The translations under genes and the position numbers were made by a program. Below, piece after piece: positions 22,194 to 32,387 of a DNA stretch of 64,000 bases. The stretch comes from an uncultured Mycoplasmatota bacterium. Its GTDB lineage: Bacteria > Bacillota_I > Bacilli_A > RF39 > UBA660. Location of the stretch: assembly GCA_900547225.1 (NCBI GenBank), contig URFW01000006.1:4300-68299 (forward strand). The letters run 5' to 3'. Numbering within the stretch: position 1 is the stretch's first letter; each line of letters begins with the position of its first letter. The notes under the pieces were generated by a model. The model was not told the DNA's origin and ran no database searches. It saw only the letters and a program-made list of their open reading frames with translations.

Positions 22194-22829
22194 TTATGCC
22201 TCCTTATTTGTTTTATGTTCCTCAATGTATTTTTTAACAGGTCCATATGTACGCCTATATCCGTCAATTATACCATACTTTTCTATTAGTTCAAGGTGTT
22301 TTTTTGTCGGATAACCCTTATGTTTTTTAAATTCGTATTCTGGATGTACTTTATCTATTTCATACATTATTCTATCACGAGTTACTTTTGCTATTACTGA
22401 TGCTGCCGCAATCGTTATACTTTTAGCATCACCTTTTATTATGGCCTCATGTGGCACACTTGTAAATCCATCAAGTGGCATAGCGTCCGTTATTATGTAA
22501 TCAGGCTTTACTTTTAAAGAGTTAGTCGCTCTTAGCATTCCTTGTCTTGATGCTTCATATATGTTTATTTTATCTATTTCATCTGCTTCTACTATGGAAA
22601 CTGAAACTGCAAGAGCCTTTTGCATTATAACCGGATAATACTCTTCCCTTTTCTTTTCTGATAGCTTTTTAGAATCATTTAAACCTTCCAAGACAAAATC
22701 ATGTGGAAGTATTACTGATGCTGCAACAACAGGTCCAAAAAGTGGCCCCCGGCCTGCCTCATCACAGCCAGCAATATTTTCATAACCTAAGTTCCATAAC
22801 TTTTTTTCATTTTCATATAAGTCGGTCAT
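22194..22829 (-). CDS. rnhB: Ribonuclease HII
   Basis: GCDEAGRGPLFGPVVAA active-site motif. Confidence 0.9.
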   Translation of the reverse strand: MTDLYENEKKLWNLGYENIAGCDEAGRGPLFGPVVAASVILPHDFVLEGLNDSKKLSEKKREEYYPVIMQKALAVSVSIVEADEIDKINIYEASRQGMLRATNSLKVKPDYIITDAMPLDGFTSVPHEAIIKGDAKSITIAAASVIAKVTRDRIMYEIDKVHPEYEFKKHKGYPTKKHLELIEKYGIIDGYRRTYGPVKKYIEEHKTNKEA

Positions 22830-23434
22830 TATTTATGAGCTCCCATATTCTTTTTACTGTTTAAGTATTTATTATAAAATAAACTTGCTAATATTTTAAT
22901 ATAATCATCAACCGAGTAATGTTTATCACCTATAATCAGTTTTCCATCTAAAGCTTCTTCTAATTCTTCATCAGAATCACATGACTGTTTAAGTGATTGT
23001 AAACATACTAAAGATAAATTATGCTTAGTTCCATATGCACTATAATCAGGTTCTGTTAACACAGTATTACCATATACATTTTTTTTACCACTTGCTTCTA
23101 AAACCAAGTTTCTAATAAAAATACGTTTATAATTTACAAGACCTTTTGAAAACGTCTTTTTCTCAATTATATCATTATTAAAATTAACATTTTCCAACAC
23201 TGCTGCTAATTTACATAACTCACTGTTAGAAAAGTCTAATATTGATAAGTTATTATATATAATTTTTTCTATTTCTTTGCTTGTTAATTTTGCAAATCCG
23301 AGTAATTCATATATTTTTTTTAACCTATCATCTAAATCTATATCATTATTGTCTAAAGAATCATATCTTAATATTTTTGCTATTGTTTCATCATTCATCC
23401 CTAAACTTTTAATATAACTAAGTTTTTCATCCAT
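22829..23434 (-). CDS. Hypothetical protein between rbgA and rnhB
   Basis: 201-aa ORF, helical and acidic. No recognisable family. Confidence 0.4.
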   Translation of the reverse strand: MDEKLSYIKSLGMNDETIAKILRYDSLDNNDIDLDDRLKKIYELLGFAKLTSKEIEKIIYNNLSILDFSNSELCKLAAVLENVNFNNDIIEKKTFSKGLVNYKRIFIRNLVLEASGKKNVYGNTVLTEPDYSAYGTKHNLSLVCLQSLKQSCDSDEELEEALDGKLIIGDKHYSVDDYIKILASLFYNKYLNSKKNMGAHK

Positions 23435-23436
23435 TT

Positions 23437-24321
23437 TTACACCTCATCAAAAGTTACTTTGCCTAACTTTCCCTCTCTTAAATCCTTTATTATTATGCTA
23501 GATACTTTATCATAATCAATATCTCCACCTGATACTATGCATCCTCTTTTTTTACCAATCGCCTCATATGCCAAGATGACATCATCATTATCATAGTTTA
23601 TGTTCCCATATCTTTTAAATAAATTATCTGGGTATTTTTTATCCATCTTATCAAGAATATAACAAGCAACCTTACCAAGCGGCAGGATTTCTTCTTTTAT
23701 TGCAGAAAATGACGCTAAGTTATAAGCTTGATTTTCATCATCTATTTTAGGCCACAATATACCAGGAGAATCTAAAAGTTCTAAATCCTTATTTATTCTA
23801 ATCCAAGAAAGCTTTTTAGTAACACCTGGTTTATCTCCTGTTACAGTAGCTTTTTTACCTACTAATCTATTTATTAGGGTGGACTTTCCAACGTTTGGTA
23901 TTCCAATTATTAAAGCTCTATAAGCACGCTTTTTAAGGCCTTTTGCTTCTCTTTTATCATCTAGATTTTTAAGTAAAAGACTAGTTGCACTATATATATC
24001 AGATAATCCTTTGTTATTAATTAAATCTACCATTACAACTTTATAACCTTCTTTTTCATACATTTTAGCACACATACTAGTTTTATTTATGTCACATAAA
24101 TCAGTTTTAGTCATAATTATAATCTTAGGTTTATCTTTTATTAAGTCATCTACATCCTTTATCTTAGATGAAAAAGGTATTCTTGCATCTACTACTTCAT
24201 AGATAATGTCCACCATGTTAATGTTTTCTTTTATAAGCCTTCTTGTTTTAGCCATATGGCCTGGATACCAGTTTATGTTTGTTTTTCGAGAACTTTTTTC
24301 TTCACTACTCATTTTGATCAC
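23437..24321 (-). CDS. rbgA: Ribosome biogenesis GTPase A (YlqF/RbgA)
   Basis: NWYPGHMAKTRR N-terminus, circularly permuted GTPase motifs (MTKTDLCD ... GIPNVGKST). Confidence 0.88.
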   Translation of the reverse strand: MIKMSSEEKSSRKTNINWYPGHMAKTRRLIKENINMVDIIYEVVDARIPFSSKIKDVDDLIKDKPKIIIMTKTDLCDINKTSMCAKMYEKEGYKVVMVDLINNKGLSDIYSATSLLLKNLDDKREAKGLKKRAYRALIIGIPNVGKSTLINRLVGKKATVTGDKPGVTKKLSWIRINKDLELLDSPGILWPKIDDENQAYNLASFSAIKEEILPLGKVACYILDKMDKKYPDNLFKRYGNINYDNDDVILAYEAIGKKRGCIVSGGDIDYDKVSSIIIKDLREGKLGKVTFDEV

Positions 24322-24664
24322 TACCTTTACTTTCGCTTATTAACCATACTTTGTTTATTATTAAGTATATTCAGTTGATATTTGCATATATCGATATTTA
24401 TTAAACGTTATACTAATATTATAATCACTCTTCAAATCATATATATTTAAAAATCATAAATGGTTATTTACAGATTATTACCAATAGGTTATTTCCCCAC
24501 TTTATATATTATAACATATTATTTTTATCTTTTATTTCAATATTTTTTATATTAATAATATTAGAGAACATACAAATATATAAATGATACATGAAAGGAC
24601 AGATTAGATAAAATCTGTCCTTGATTTAACTCTTTGTCTTTTTATTTTAATTACTATACTTTGT

Positions 24665-25252
24665 TTATTCGTTTAGCATTGAACTTAAATCAAAATTTAA
24701 TCTTATTAATTCATCAATTGGAATTATCTTTCTACTTCTTTTTTCAATATCACATTCAAATGGCAACAGTGGGTAAAGTGAAAATCCATCAGCTATACCA
24801 AGTTTCTTACAGTCTTCCTTCCAATTGGCCCATCTTAAACCTTTGTAAAAATCATTTACATCTTCTTCATAGTTTAATATCCAATATATAAATTCAGTGT
24901 AATATAACTCTAAGTTTTCCCATTTGTTAGTATCCGGAGCATAATAATATACGTCTTTATTTTTAAGTGCAAATACACCGCCTAAAACGTCTTCTCCTAT
25001 TAATATATCCATGAAATCATCTTTATTATATAGTTTATTTTTTTCAATTACGTTTAAAGCTCCACATCCATATATTCTTATCCAATTATCAACTATAAAA
25101 CCACCACAATTTATAAATTGATCATAAAAAAACCTATCATTATACATATCATATTTATTTTTAAACTCACGTACAATTTCACTATTAGTATCTTTATAAG
25201 TAATAACATTTTTCTTACTTTTTAATTCACTCAATAATCTCTCAGATTTCAT
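24665..25252 (-). CDS. Hypothetical protein (inserted between rbgA and lepB)
   Basis: 195-aa ORF with a Trp/Tyr-rich core (CGGFIVDNWIRIYGCGA). Confidence 0.4.
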   Translation of the reverse strand: MKSERLLSELKSKKNVITYKDTNSEIVREFKNKYDMYNDRFFYDQFINCGGFIVDNWIRIYGCGALNVIEKNKLYNKDDFMDILIGEDVLGGVFALKNKDVYYYAPDTNKWENLELYYTEFIYWILNYEEDVNDFYKGLRWANWKEDCKKLGIADGFSLYPLLPFECDIEKRSRKIIPIDELIRLNFDLSSMLNE

Positions 25253-25277
25253 TATTTCACAGCTTCCTTTCTATTTA

Positions 25278-25706
25278 TTATTTAAAATCGATTTTATTCT
25301 TTATATAATTTTCTACAATGGGAATTCTCACTTTATCTTTACCTCTTGCGCTTTGTTTTAAATATTCATAATACTCATTTATATTCTGAAGATAATATTC
25401 TCCGTTATATTCCGGTTTATACTTAAGCTTATCTTTATCACCATCGCAAACACATTCAACTTTATCATTAACTATATACCAACCATTTTCTTTTCTAATT
25501 AGGCTATAATTCTTCTTTAATTCTTCTAGTCCCTTATTTGTTACCGCAATATCTAAATCTCCAGCATCATCATAAATACCTCTTAAGACAAGTGCTCCAG
25601 ACGATAATATCCAAAATTCATTTTTATCAATTTTTAAACTTTCTATTAACTTTAAAAGTTCATCTTTTTTCATTCTTTTATTCATTTTTATTCCTCTATT
25701 AAGCAA
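25278..25706 (-). CDS. Small nucleotidyltransferase-fold protein (Pol-beta superfamily, Lnu/ANT-like size)
   Basis: SSGALVLRGIYDDAGDLDIAV fits the GS-x(9-13)-DxD nucleotidyltransferase motif. 142 aa. Confidence 0.4.
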   Translation of the reverse strand: MLNRGIKMNKRMKKDELLKLIESLKIDKNEFWILSSGALVLRGIYDDAGDLDIAVTNKGLEELKKNYSLIRKENGWYIVNDKVECVCDGDKDKLKYKPEYNGEYYLQNINEYYEYLKQSARGKDKVRIPIVENYIKNKIDFK

Positions 25707-25723
25707 AAATTAGATTAAAACAT

Positions 25724-26245
25724 TTATTTTACTTTCTTAATCTTATTTATAGGAAAAATTCTTAAATTTACCTTACCTAAAATATCTTTCTTATCAAATA
25801 ATCCTATAACTCTTGAGTCCGTTGAATTAGGCCTATTATCACCAACTACCAAATACTTATCTCCAGGTATTGTTAAGTATCCTATTTCCTCTAACTTAAA
25901 GTCATCAGTATCTTGGTGTGTAAAATTTTCATCAACTTTAAAACCATCGACGTACAAGTTTCCTTTTTTATATTCTATATGTTCCCCTGGAAGTCCAATA
26001 ACTCTTTTTATTATTTTTTCATCATTCCAGGAAACTACAACAACGTCAAACCTTTTTACTCCGTTTAGCTTATAATCTAGTTTATTTAGTAAAACAATGT
26101 TATTGTTATATAAAGTCGGCTCCATAGATGGTCCATCTACAATTGCAGGGGTTATTATAAACGTTCTTACAAGTACTACTAATATTACAACTAAAACATA
26201 TGGATATATATCTTTTACTATCTTTTTTATTCTTTCCTTTTTCAT
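25724..26245 (-). CDS. lepB: Signal peptidase I
   Basis: GPSMEPTL catalytic Ser box, KRVIGLPGE Lys box, GDNRPNSTDSR box. Confidence 0.88.
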   Translation of the reverse strand: MKKERIKKIVKDIYPYVLVVILVVLVRTFIITPAIVDGPSMEPTLYNNNIVLLNKLDYKLNGVKRFDVVVVSWNDEKIIKRVIGLPGEHIEYKKGNLYVDGFKVDENFTHQDTDDFKLEEIGYLTIPGDKYLVVGDNRPNSTDSRVIGLFDKKDILGKVNLRIFPINKIKKVK

Positions 26246-26285
26246 CTTTACTCACCTATCAAAAAATAAGGCATAAATAGCCTTA

Positions 26286-26624
26286 TTAGTTTCTTTCTTT
26301 TAATTTCCATTGACCAACGATATCTCTTGCATAGTAAAGTTTAGCACGTCTTGCTTTACCTTTTCTTACTACTTCAATAGAATCAAGTTTTGGTGAATGA
26401 ATTGGGAATATTCTTTCAACTCCAATACCGCTAGACATCTTACGTACTGTAAATGTTTCAGATACACCATAACCTTTACGAGAGATTACAACGCCTTCAA
26501 AAGCTTGTACTCTTTCTTTTTTACCTTCGATTATTCTAACACCTACTCTAACAGTATCACCAACTCTAAATTCTGGTACGTTAGGATTTAATTGTTTGTT
26601 TGTAATTTCTTCAATCTTATTCAT
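26286..26624 (-). CDS. rplS: 50S ribosomal protein L19
   Basis: FRVGDTVRV...[11 protein letters not shown]...RRAKLYY. Confidence 0.93.
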   Translation of the reverse strand: MNKIEEITNKQLNPNVPEFRVGDTVRVGVRIIEGKKERVQAFEGVVISRKGYGVSETFTVRKMSSGIGVERIFPIHSPKLDSIEVVRKGKARRAKLYYARDIVGQWKLKERN

Positions 26625-26751
26625 TTTCTTAGTTCTCCTTTCTAAAACTTATAACCAGCAATCATGCAAAATAATATATATGCGGCGGATTGCCTTTTTT
26701 CAAACACTAAAATTCTATCACATAATTAACTATTATGCAAGTATTTGTTTA

Positions 26752-27978
26752 TTAGTATCTTTCATTTAAAACTGAATTTCTAATGGATTTATTTTTTACA
26801 AATTCATTTACCAATTTATTTATGTTTTGAATTACAAAATCCAAAGCTTCTTTACTTAGAAAATTAGAATAAACCTTTATTATCATAGATTTTAACATTT
26901 CAGATTCTCCAAGCACTCTTGAAGTCGCTTCATTATCATCTGTTTGAAGAGCCATGTTTAATCTATAATTTAATATATCTATTTTCTTTCTAATGTTTTT
27001 CATCGCAACTTTTGATGCAAATGATGTTTTTACAATAAGGATTTTTGTTATATCTCCATCTTTATTTCTTCCCTTTAACTTGTAGCCTTCTAATTTTTTA
27101 GGATCAAATATCGTTATTGCAACTAATTTTTCTTCTAGTGAAAGTTTATAAACTGTGTTTTTAGTTTCTTTTTTCGTAACCTTTTTTGGAGTTTTCTTTT
27201 CTTCTACAGCATCTTTTTTATCTTCTTTAATTTCGGTTACCTTAATGTTTTTAACATCATCCATTGATATTTTAAAACCACTTTTTTTCATACCACCTTT
27301 TTTCAAAATCATTTTCTTTCTTAAAAGGTCTGGTCTTTTTTCTTTTGTTACAAGAAGTCTTTGCTCTTTTCTCCATTCATCAATTTTTTTATGATCTCCT
27401 GATAATAATACTTCAGGAACCTTCATGCCTTTATAGTTTCTTGGTTTGGTATAAGTTGGATAGTCAAGCAAGTTTTCATTAAATGAATCTATTTCGTGTG
27501 ATTCTTCTTCTATTACTCCAGGAAGCAATCTTACAACAGAATCAGTAATAACCATCGATGGTAATTCTCCTCCGGTTAAAACATAATCTCCTATTGATAT
27601 TTCTTCATCACAAAGCGAACTTATTCTCTCATCGAATCCCTCGTAATGGCCACATATAAATATTAAGTGTTCTTCCTTTGATAGTTCATATGCTTTTTTT
27701 TGTGTGTAAGGTTTTCCTTGAGGAGAAAGCATGATAACCTTTGATTTATCAGTTTTTAGGCTTTCTACTGCATCATATATTGGTTGACACATTAAAACCA
27801 TACCAGCTCCTCCACCATAAGGAGTATCATCCACTTTTTTATGTTTATTTTTTGCAAAATCTCTAAAATTACAAGTATTTATTTCTACTTTCTTAGATTC
27901 TATCGCTCTTTTTATAATTGATTCGTTTTTAAATCCATCAAACATTTCTGGAAAAAGTGTTAATATATCTATTTTCAT
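26752..27978 (-). CDS. trmD: tRNA (guanine37-N1)-methyltransferase TrmD with a C-terminal extension of about 170 aa
   Basis: Residues 1 to about 235 are canonical TrmD ([18 protein letters not shown], SpoU-TrmD knot). They are followed by a Lys-rich linker and an extra helical domain. ATGA overlap with rimM. Confidence 0.85.
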   Translation of the reverse strand: MKIDILTLFPEMFDGFKNESIIKRAIESKKVEINTCNFRDFAKNKHKKVDDTPYGGGAGMVLMCQPIYDAVESLKTDKSKVIMLSPQGKPYTQKKAYELSKEEHLIFICGHYEGFDERISSLCDEEISIGDYVLTGGELPSMVITDSVVRLLPGVIEEESHEIDSFNENLLDYPTYTKPRNYKGMKVPEVLLSGDHKKIDEWRKEQRLLVTKEKRPDLLRKKMILKKGGMKKSGFKISMDDVKNIKVTEIKEDKKDAVEEKKTPKKVTKKETKNTVYKLSLEEKLVAITIFDPKKLEGYKLKGRNKDGDITKILIVKTSFASKVAMKNIRKKIDILNYRLNMALQTDDNEATSRVLGESEMLKSMIIKVYSNFLSKEALDFVIQNINKLVNEFVKNKSIRNSVLNERY

Positions 27979-28460
27979 GATAAAAGTCCTTTCACTTCAT
28001 ATACAGATACTTTTTTATTTTTAATATCAATTTCTTTTATAAAAGCATCAACATATGGAATCATAATGTTATTATCAAGCACTAAAACTTCATTTGCAGG
28101 AGTATCTAATACATCTTTTATAACACCAATTGTTTTATCATTTATTATAACATCAAATCCAATTAAATCAACTGATAAAAACTTATTTTTATCAAGTTTT
28201 AATTCATCTTTATTAATGTATACGAAAGAGCCTTTTAAATGTTCAATTAAATTAATGTCATAGTTATCTTTAAATGTTACCATATCAAAGTTTTTATGTT
28301 TCCTATAAGTTTCAACAACATACTCTTTCTTATCTTTACCAACGTAAAACTTAAATCCTTTTATAAACACTTTATCTTTATGTCTAAAATTAGATAATAT
28401 TCTAACTTCACCTTTAATACCATGAGTATTAACTAATTTTCCAATATATAAATAATTCAT
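27975..28460 (-). CDS. rimM: 16S rRNA processing protein RimM
   Basis: [17 protein letters not shown]-terminus, PRC-barrel C-terminus. Confidence 0.88.
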   Translation of the reverse strand: MNYLYIGKLVNTHGIKGEVRILSNFRHKDKVFIKGFKFYVGKDKKEYVVETYRKHKNFDMVTFKDNYDINLIEHLKGSFVYINKDELKLDKNKFLSVDLIGFDVIINDKTIGVIKDVLDTPANEVLVLDNNIMIPYVDAFIKEIDIKNKKVSVYEVKGLLS

Positions 28461-28497
28461 ATTTTATCTCTCCCATCAAGTAAAAATAGTTTAACTT

Positions 28498-29220
28498 TTA
28501 TTTGTTCATTTCGTACATAATAATTGAAGATGCAACTGCTACATTCAAACTTTCACAATCATCATTCATATTTATATAGACATTTTTATCTAGTTCTTTT
28601 TTAATATCTTTGCTTATTCCTTGTCCTTCATTTCCCATTACAACTGCAAGTTTTTTATTCTTTTTAAGTGTACTTATATCCGTGCCATTCGTAACAGAAG
28701 TACCATATACCGAGTATCCATTTTCTTTTAGATAAGGAATAAAATACTTTAAATCTTTTGTTACAACGTTTACTTTAAAAAGCATTCCTTGAGCTGCTCT
28801 TACAACTTTCTCATTATATTTTTTAACGCACCCCAAGCTAAGCACTACCGTATCTATGTTAAATGCTTTAGCACTTCTTATTATGGTTCCTAAATTTCCT
28901 GGATCTTGAACATCATCTAATATAATTATTTTATCTCCAAGTGTTAAATCTTCTTTAATAAAACTAACTATTCCAATAACATCCGTTTTAGATGGAAGTG
29001 TGCTTATATAACTCATAACACTTTTTGACACAACGTTATTTACTACGCCAAAGTCACAGTTAGAAGTAGAATAAGTTTCAAGCAAAAGACCACTTTTTTT
29101 AGCTTCGTTAACAAGGTGCATTCCTTCTACAACAAACTTTTTTTCTTCATTCATAAATTTATTTGTTCTTAATTTATTTAAATATTTTATTTTTTTATTA
29201 TCTTTAGATTCTATTATCAT
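28498..29220 (-). CDS. SpoU/TrmH family RNA 2'-O-methyltransferase
   Basis: GNLGTIIRSA, VVMGNEGQG and LNVAVASSI motifs. Confidence 0.8.
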   Translation of the reverse strand: MIIESKDNKKIKYLNKLRTNKFMNEEKKFVVEGMHLVNEAKKSGLLLETYSTSNCDFGVVNNVVSKSVMSYISTLPSKTDVIGIVSFIKEDLTLGDKIIILDDVQDPGNLGTIIRSAKAFNIDTVVLSLGCVKKYNEKVVRAAQGMLFKVNVVTKDLKYFIPYLKENGYSVYGTSVTNGTDISTLKKNKKLAVVMGNEGQGISKDIKKELDKNVYINMNDDCESLNVAVASSIIMYEMNK

Positions 29221-29223
29221 AAA

Positions 29224-29862
29224 TTACTCCTTCAACTTTTTTCTAACTATTTTATAATCAGGGCAGTATTTTTCTACAACACCCCAAAACGCCTTACTAT
29301 GATCAAAATGGACAAAGTGTGATAATTCATGAACTATAACGTAATTTAAATACATAGGATCTTTTTTTATAAGTTCTAAATTAAGTGTAACAGAGTTATC
29401 TCTTCTATTACATACTCCCCATCTTGTCTTCATCCCTCTAACCTTAATTATAGGATACGGGATTTTTTCATCAAATACGTAATATGCTTCATCTAAGTAT
29501 TTTTTAAATACCTCTTTTGCATATTTCTTATACCAATTATTAAGCATGACATCATCTTTTACGGTAATTGTATCTAAATCATATATTGGCCTTTTAACAT
29601 CTTTATAAATAACGTTTAAATTTTTTCCTAAAAGATTCTTAGATTCTTTTTTCTGAGTTTTATTCTTTATGATTTGTTTATCTATCATTTTTTCTATTGA
29701 TCTTCTATTATCTTCTAATACTTTTTTTATAGAAAGTTTAGTAAAAAAATAATTACAAGTTACTTTTATTTCTAAATTATCTGTTACTCTGATATATAAA
29801 TTTTTATTATTTTTCTTTTCTATTATAACTAAATAATCATTATCTAAATAATTAAAATGCAT
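29224..29862 (-). CDS. YgjP/DUF45-type zinc metallohydrolase (M48-like, HExxH)
   Basis: VIVHELSHFVHFDHSKAFW motif. Confidence 0.6.
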   Translation of the reverse strand: MHFNYLDNDYLVIIEKKNNKNLYIRVTDNLEIKVTCNYFFTKLSIKKVLEDNRRSIEKMIDKQIIKNKTQKKESKNLLGKNLNVIYKDVKRPIYDLDTITVKDDVMLNNWYKKYAKEVFKKYLDEAYYVFDEKIPYPIIKVRGMKTRWGVCNRRDNSVTLNLELIKKDPMYLNYVIVHELSHFVHFDHSKAFWGVVEKYCPDYKIVRKKLKE

Positions 29863-29902
29863 ATTACCACCTAGAAGATATTATATCACATAATAAGAAA
29901 AA

Positions 29903-29925
29903 AGGCTTAAGTAGCCTTATTTTCT
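29903..29925 (-). terminator. Hairpin terminator downstream of the 30076 gene
   Basis: Minus strand aaggct-actta-agcctt followed by a T run. Confidence 0.45.
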
Positions 29926-30075
29926 TTCACTTGTATTTTCGTCTTTTTCTTTTTTTAATTTTGCAATATAACCTTTTAATATTTTTTGCTAATTTCAAAT
30001 GCTTCATCATCCGTTATATAATCATGACTTATTTATTTAAAAATATATCAATATCAGAATAAGCCACAAGCATTT

Positions 30076-31152
30076 TTAAAAAACTTTTCCTGATTTTGTA
30101 TACGATTTATTTGCGCTTTCCATTATATCTATTACTTCGTCATTTGCATCTTTGTATTTCAATTCTAATATAGCAAGATTAATAATATCTTTTATGTTTT
30201 TATTATCTACTGGTAAGTAAGAGACATAATTGCATCTAAAATCATCAAGAAATTCACCTTCCATAATTAATAACTGATCCACTACTATATCAACCCATAA
30301 TTTATCTTCTGATGATAATTTGGACTTGCTTTCCTTTATTTTCTGTTTCAACTTAGATTTTTCATAAGTACTTATTCTGTTCGTTCTAGAACCTATTTTA
30401 ATATCAATTTCCTCTGTTACTGCGTGACTATTTGCTAATTCAGTTATTTTTTCTTCTTGCTTTTTTATTATACTTCTTAAATCTCTTTTAATATCCTCAA
30501 ATATAACATCTTGAAAGTGATTTTTCTTTAATAATTTGAATATTTCATGACACGTTAGCTTAAATTTTTCAAAATTTTTTTCATAATTTATACACATTAT
30601 TTCGGTAAGCAAATTAATTAGTAGTGATATATCAAGCACAATGTTTTTATATTTTGCTAAAAAATTGTTGCTTGCGGAAATGAATTTATTTTTTGGCTCT
30701 TCAATCAATTTTTGTGTCAATGAATCACCGTGTAATATATCACTTTTTCTATCTGTACCTTTAGTTTTTCTGTTATTATCCATTTTAACTAGAAAACTCT
30801 TTGATTTGCATAATTTTTGCATCATACTAGAAAAAGATTCTGGAGTTATATATTCATTTTTATCATCCATCCTTAAGTCACTTAAGAACATTTTATAAAG
30901 TTTGCCACATATTTTTTTAAATATCTTTTCATAATCATCATAAGTTATACTAGATTCCATAAAATTATTGTATCCATACATGTATAATATTGCGGCGGAT
31001 TTTTCTAAATACGTATTATCATAAGCTACATTTTCAAATGAACTTTCTTTTATTAATTTTAAGGTATAAAAAACAGTCTTGATATCTTCTTCAAATTGTT
31101 CTTTTTCAGTTTCTAACATGATAATCGCATCATTAATCTTGTTAACATCCAT
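30076..31152 (-). CDS. Large hypothetical protein (358 aa)
   Basis: Long ORF with ordinary codon usage and no recognisable domain. 24 nt downstream of the preceding ORF. Confidence 0.45.
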   Translation of the reverse strand: MDVNKINDAIIMLETEKEQFEEDIKTVFYTLKLIKESSFENVAYDNTYLEKSAAILYMYGYNNFMESSITYDDYEKIFKKICGKLYKMFLSDLRMDDKNEYITPESFSSMMQKLCKSKSFLVKMDNNRKTKGTDRKSDILHGDSLTQKLIEEPKNKFISASNNFLAKYKNIVLDISLLINLLTEIMCINYEKNFEKFKLTCHEIFKLLKKNHFQDVIFEDIKRDLRSIIKKQEEKITELANSHAVTEEIDIKIGSRTNRISTYEKSKLKQKIKESKSKLSSEDKLWVDIVVDQLLIMEGEFLDDFRCNYVSYLPVDNKNIKDIINLAILELKYKDANDEVIDIMESANKSYTKSGKVF

Positions 31153-31176
31153 GCTTTTCAGCTCCTTTAAATATAA

Positions 31177-32241
31177 TTATCTTACTTTAACATCTAAATT
31201 ATCATCTTTATAATTAATGTCATTTATATGATTTGCTAATCTAATTTGAGTAATAGCCATTAAACTTACACTTTTATCATCATTTTTTCTTTCAAATTTA
31301 CTAGCCAATCCACTATATAACAAATATGCCCTTGGATCATCGAAAGACGGAAATTGATCATAACTAAGTTTATCAAATGGCGTTCTAAAAATTTCTTTAT
31401 AAAATTTATTTATAATAGCTTTTATTTCTTTATCTTTATTAATATTATTTACTTCTGCATTATGTGCATTAATAAAGCTCTCTGTGATATCACCAAAATA
31501 TATGTTTTCAAAACTTTTAGAACCGTCTTTATTTTTTTCTACATTTTTTATTTTTGCATTTAATTCATCTTTGAAATCAGGAATCTTTTCAACCGTATCT
31601 ATCGGTTTTTTATTTTTATATAATTTATATATCTCACACATATTACTATACAGTTTTTGCTCCGATTCTATTAACAAGCAAATTTCTTTATAGGCAGTTG
31701 CAATTAAGTTTATAAACGTCGTTAAAACTATCGTATATTTTTTTCTGTCTTCATAGTCTACGTTTGCCAAATCAACTAGAGATATAAGATCATCTATTAA
31801 TTTTAGAAGTTCTTCCCAATTTTTTGGAATATAAATTTCATATCCATATTTATTACCAACTACCGATCCAACGATTTTTACAAGTCCATTTCTAGTAAAT
31901 GCACCCTTTTGTTCTAAGTACTGCAACTCTTCTTCTGAAAAATCATAAAATTTAAAACCAAAAACATCTTTTAAAACATTTAAAATGTTTTCTCTACCAT
32001 TTTTTGTATTTAAAGCTTTTTTTATCTTTTCTTTATAACAGCAATATTGTCTTTCTTCTGCCTTACTAACAGGATTAAAAACAACTTTTGTTGCACAGCA
32101 AGAACTATATAATTTTTTTTGTTCGTTTAAAGAATCAACCATTCTCTTTACTTCAAATGATCTTTGATTAAAGAATTCAAAGAATTCTTTTATTGTATAG
32201 TCTTTTAACATTTTATCTTTCACGTAAAACACCCCCTTCAC
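31177..32241 (-). CDS. Large hypothetical protein (354 aa) with two CC dyads
   Basis: Long ORF. SSCCATKV...RQYCCYKEK. No recognisable domain. Confidence 0.45.
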   Translation of the reverse strand: MKGVFYVKDKMLKDYTIKEFFEFFNQRSFEVKRMVDSLNEQKKLYSSCCATKVVFNPVSKAEERQYCCYKEKIKKALNTKNGRENILNVLKDVFGFKFYDFSEEELQYLEQKGAFTRNGLVKIVGSVVGNKYGYEIYIPKNWEELLKLIDDLISLVDLANVDYEDRKKYTIVLTTFINLIATAYKEICLLIESEQKLYSNMCEIYKLYKNKKPIDTVEKIPDFKDELNAKIKNVEKNKDGSKSFENIYFGDITESFINAHNAEVNNINKDKEIKAIINKFYKEIFRTPFDKLSYDQFPSFDDPRAYLLYSGLASKFERKNDDKSVSLMAITQIRLANHINDINYKDDNLDVKVR

Positions 32242-32387
32242 TAATGGTCAATTATGATAACAAAAAAGAAGAGCTTTGTCAAATTACTCTTCTAAAACTT
32301 TATAACTAATATCAATATCTTTTATATAAAACTCCAAACTATTACGTTATACAATAAAATAATATAATTTTATCTTTCATTTATATT

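Noticed and set aside
24322-24664. 340-bp AT-rich non-coding stretch upstream of rbgA, examined for an RNA gene, repeats or a CRISPR-like array
   Set aside because: No direct repeats, no tRNA-like or rRNA-like structure. Only a single hairpin (24596-24625) consistent with a terminator of the upstream gene, plus promoter-like AT tracts.
29931-30023. Roughly 30-aa Lys-rich minus-strand ORF between the 358-aa hypothetical gene and its terminator
   Set aside because: No Shine-Dalgarno sequence and composition typical of random AT-rich sequence. Treated as 3' UTR.
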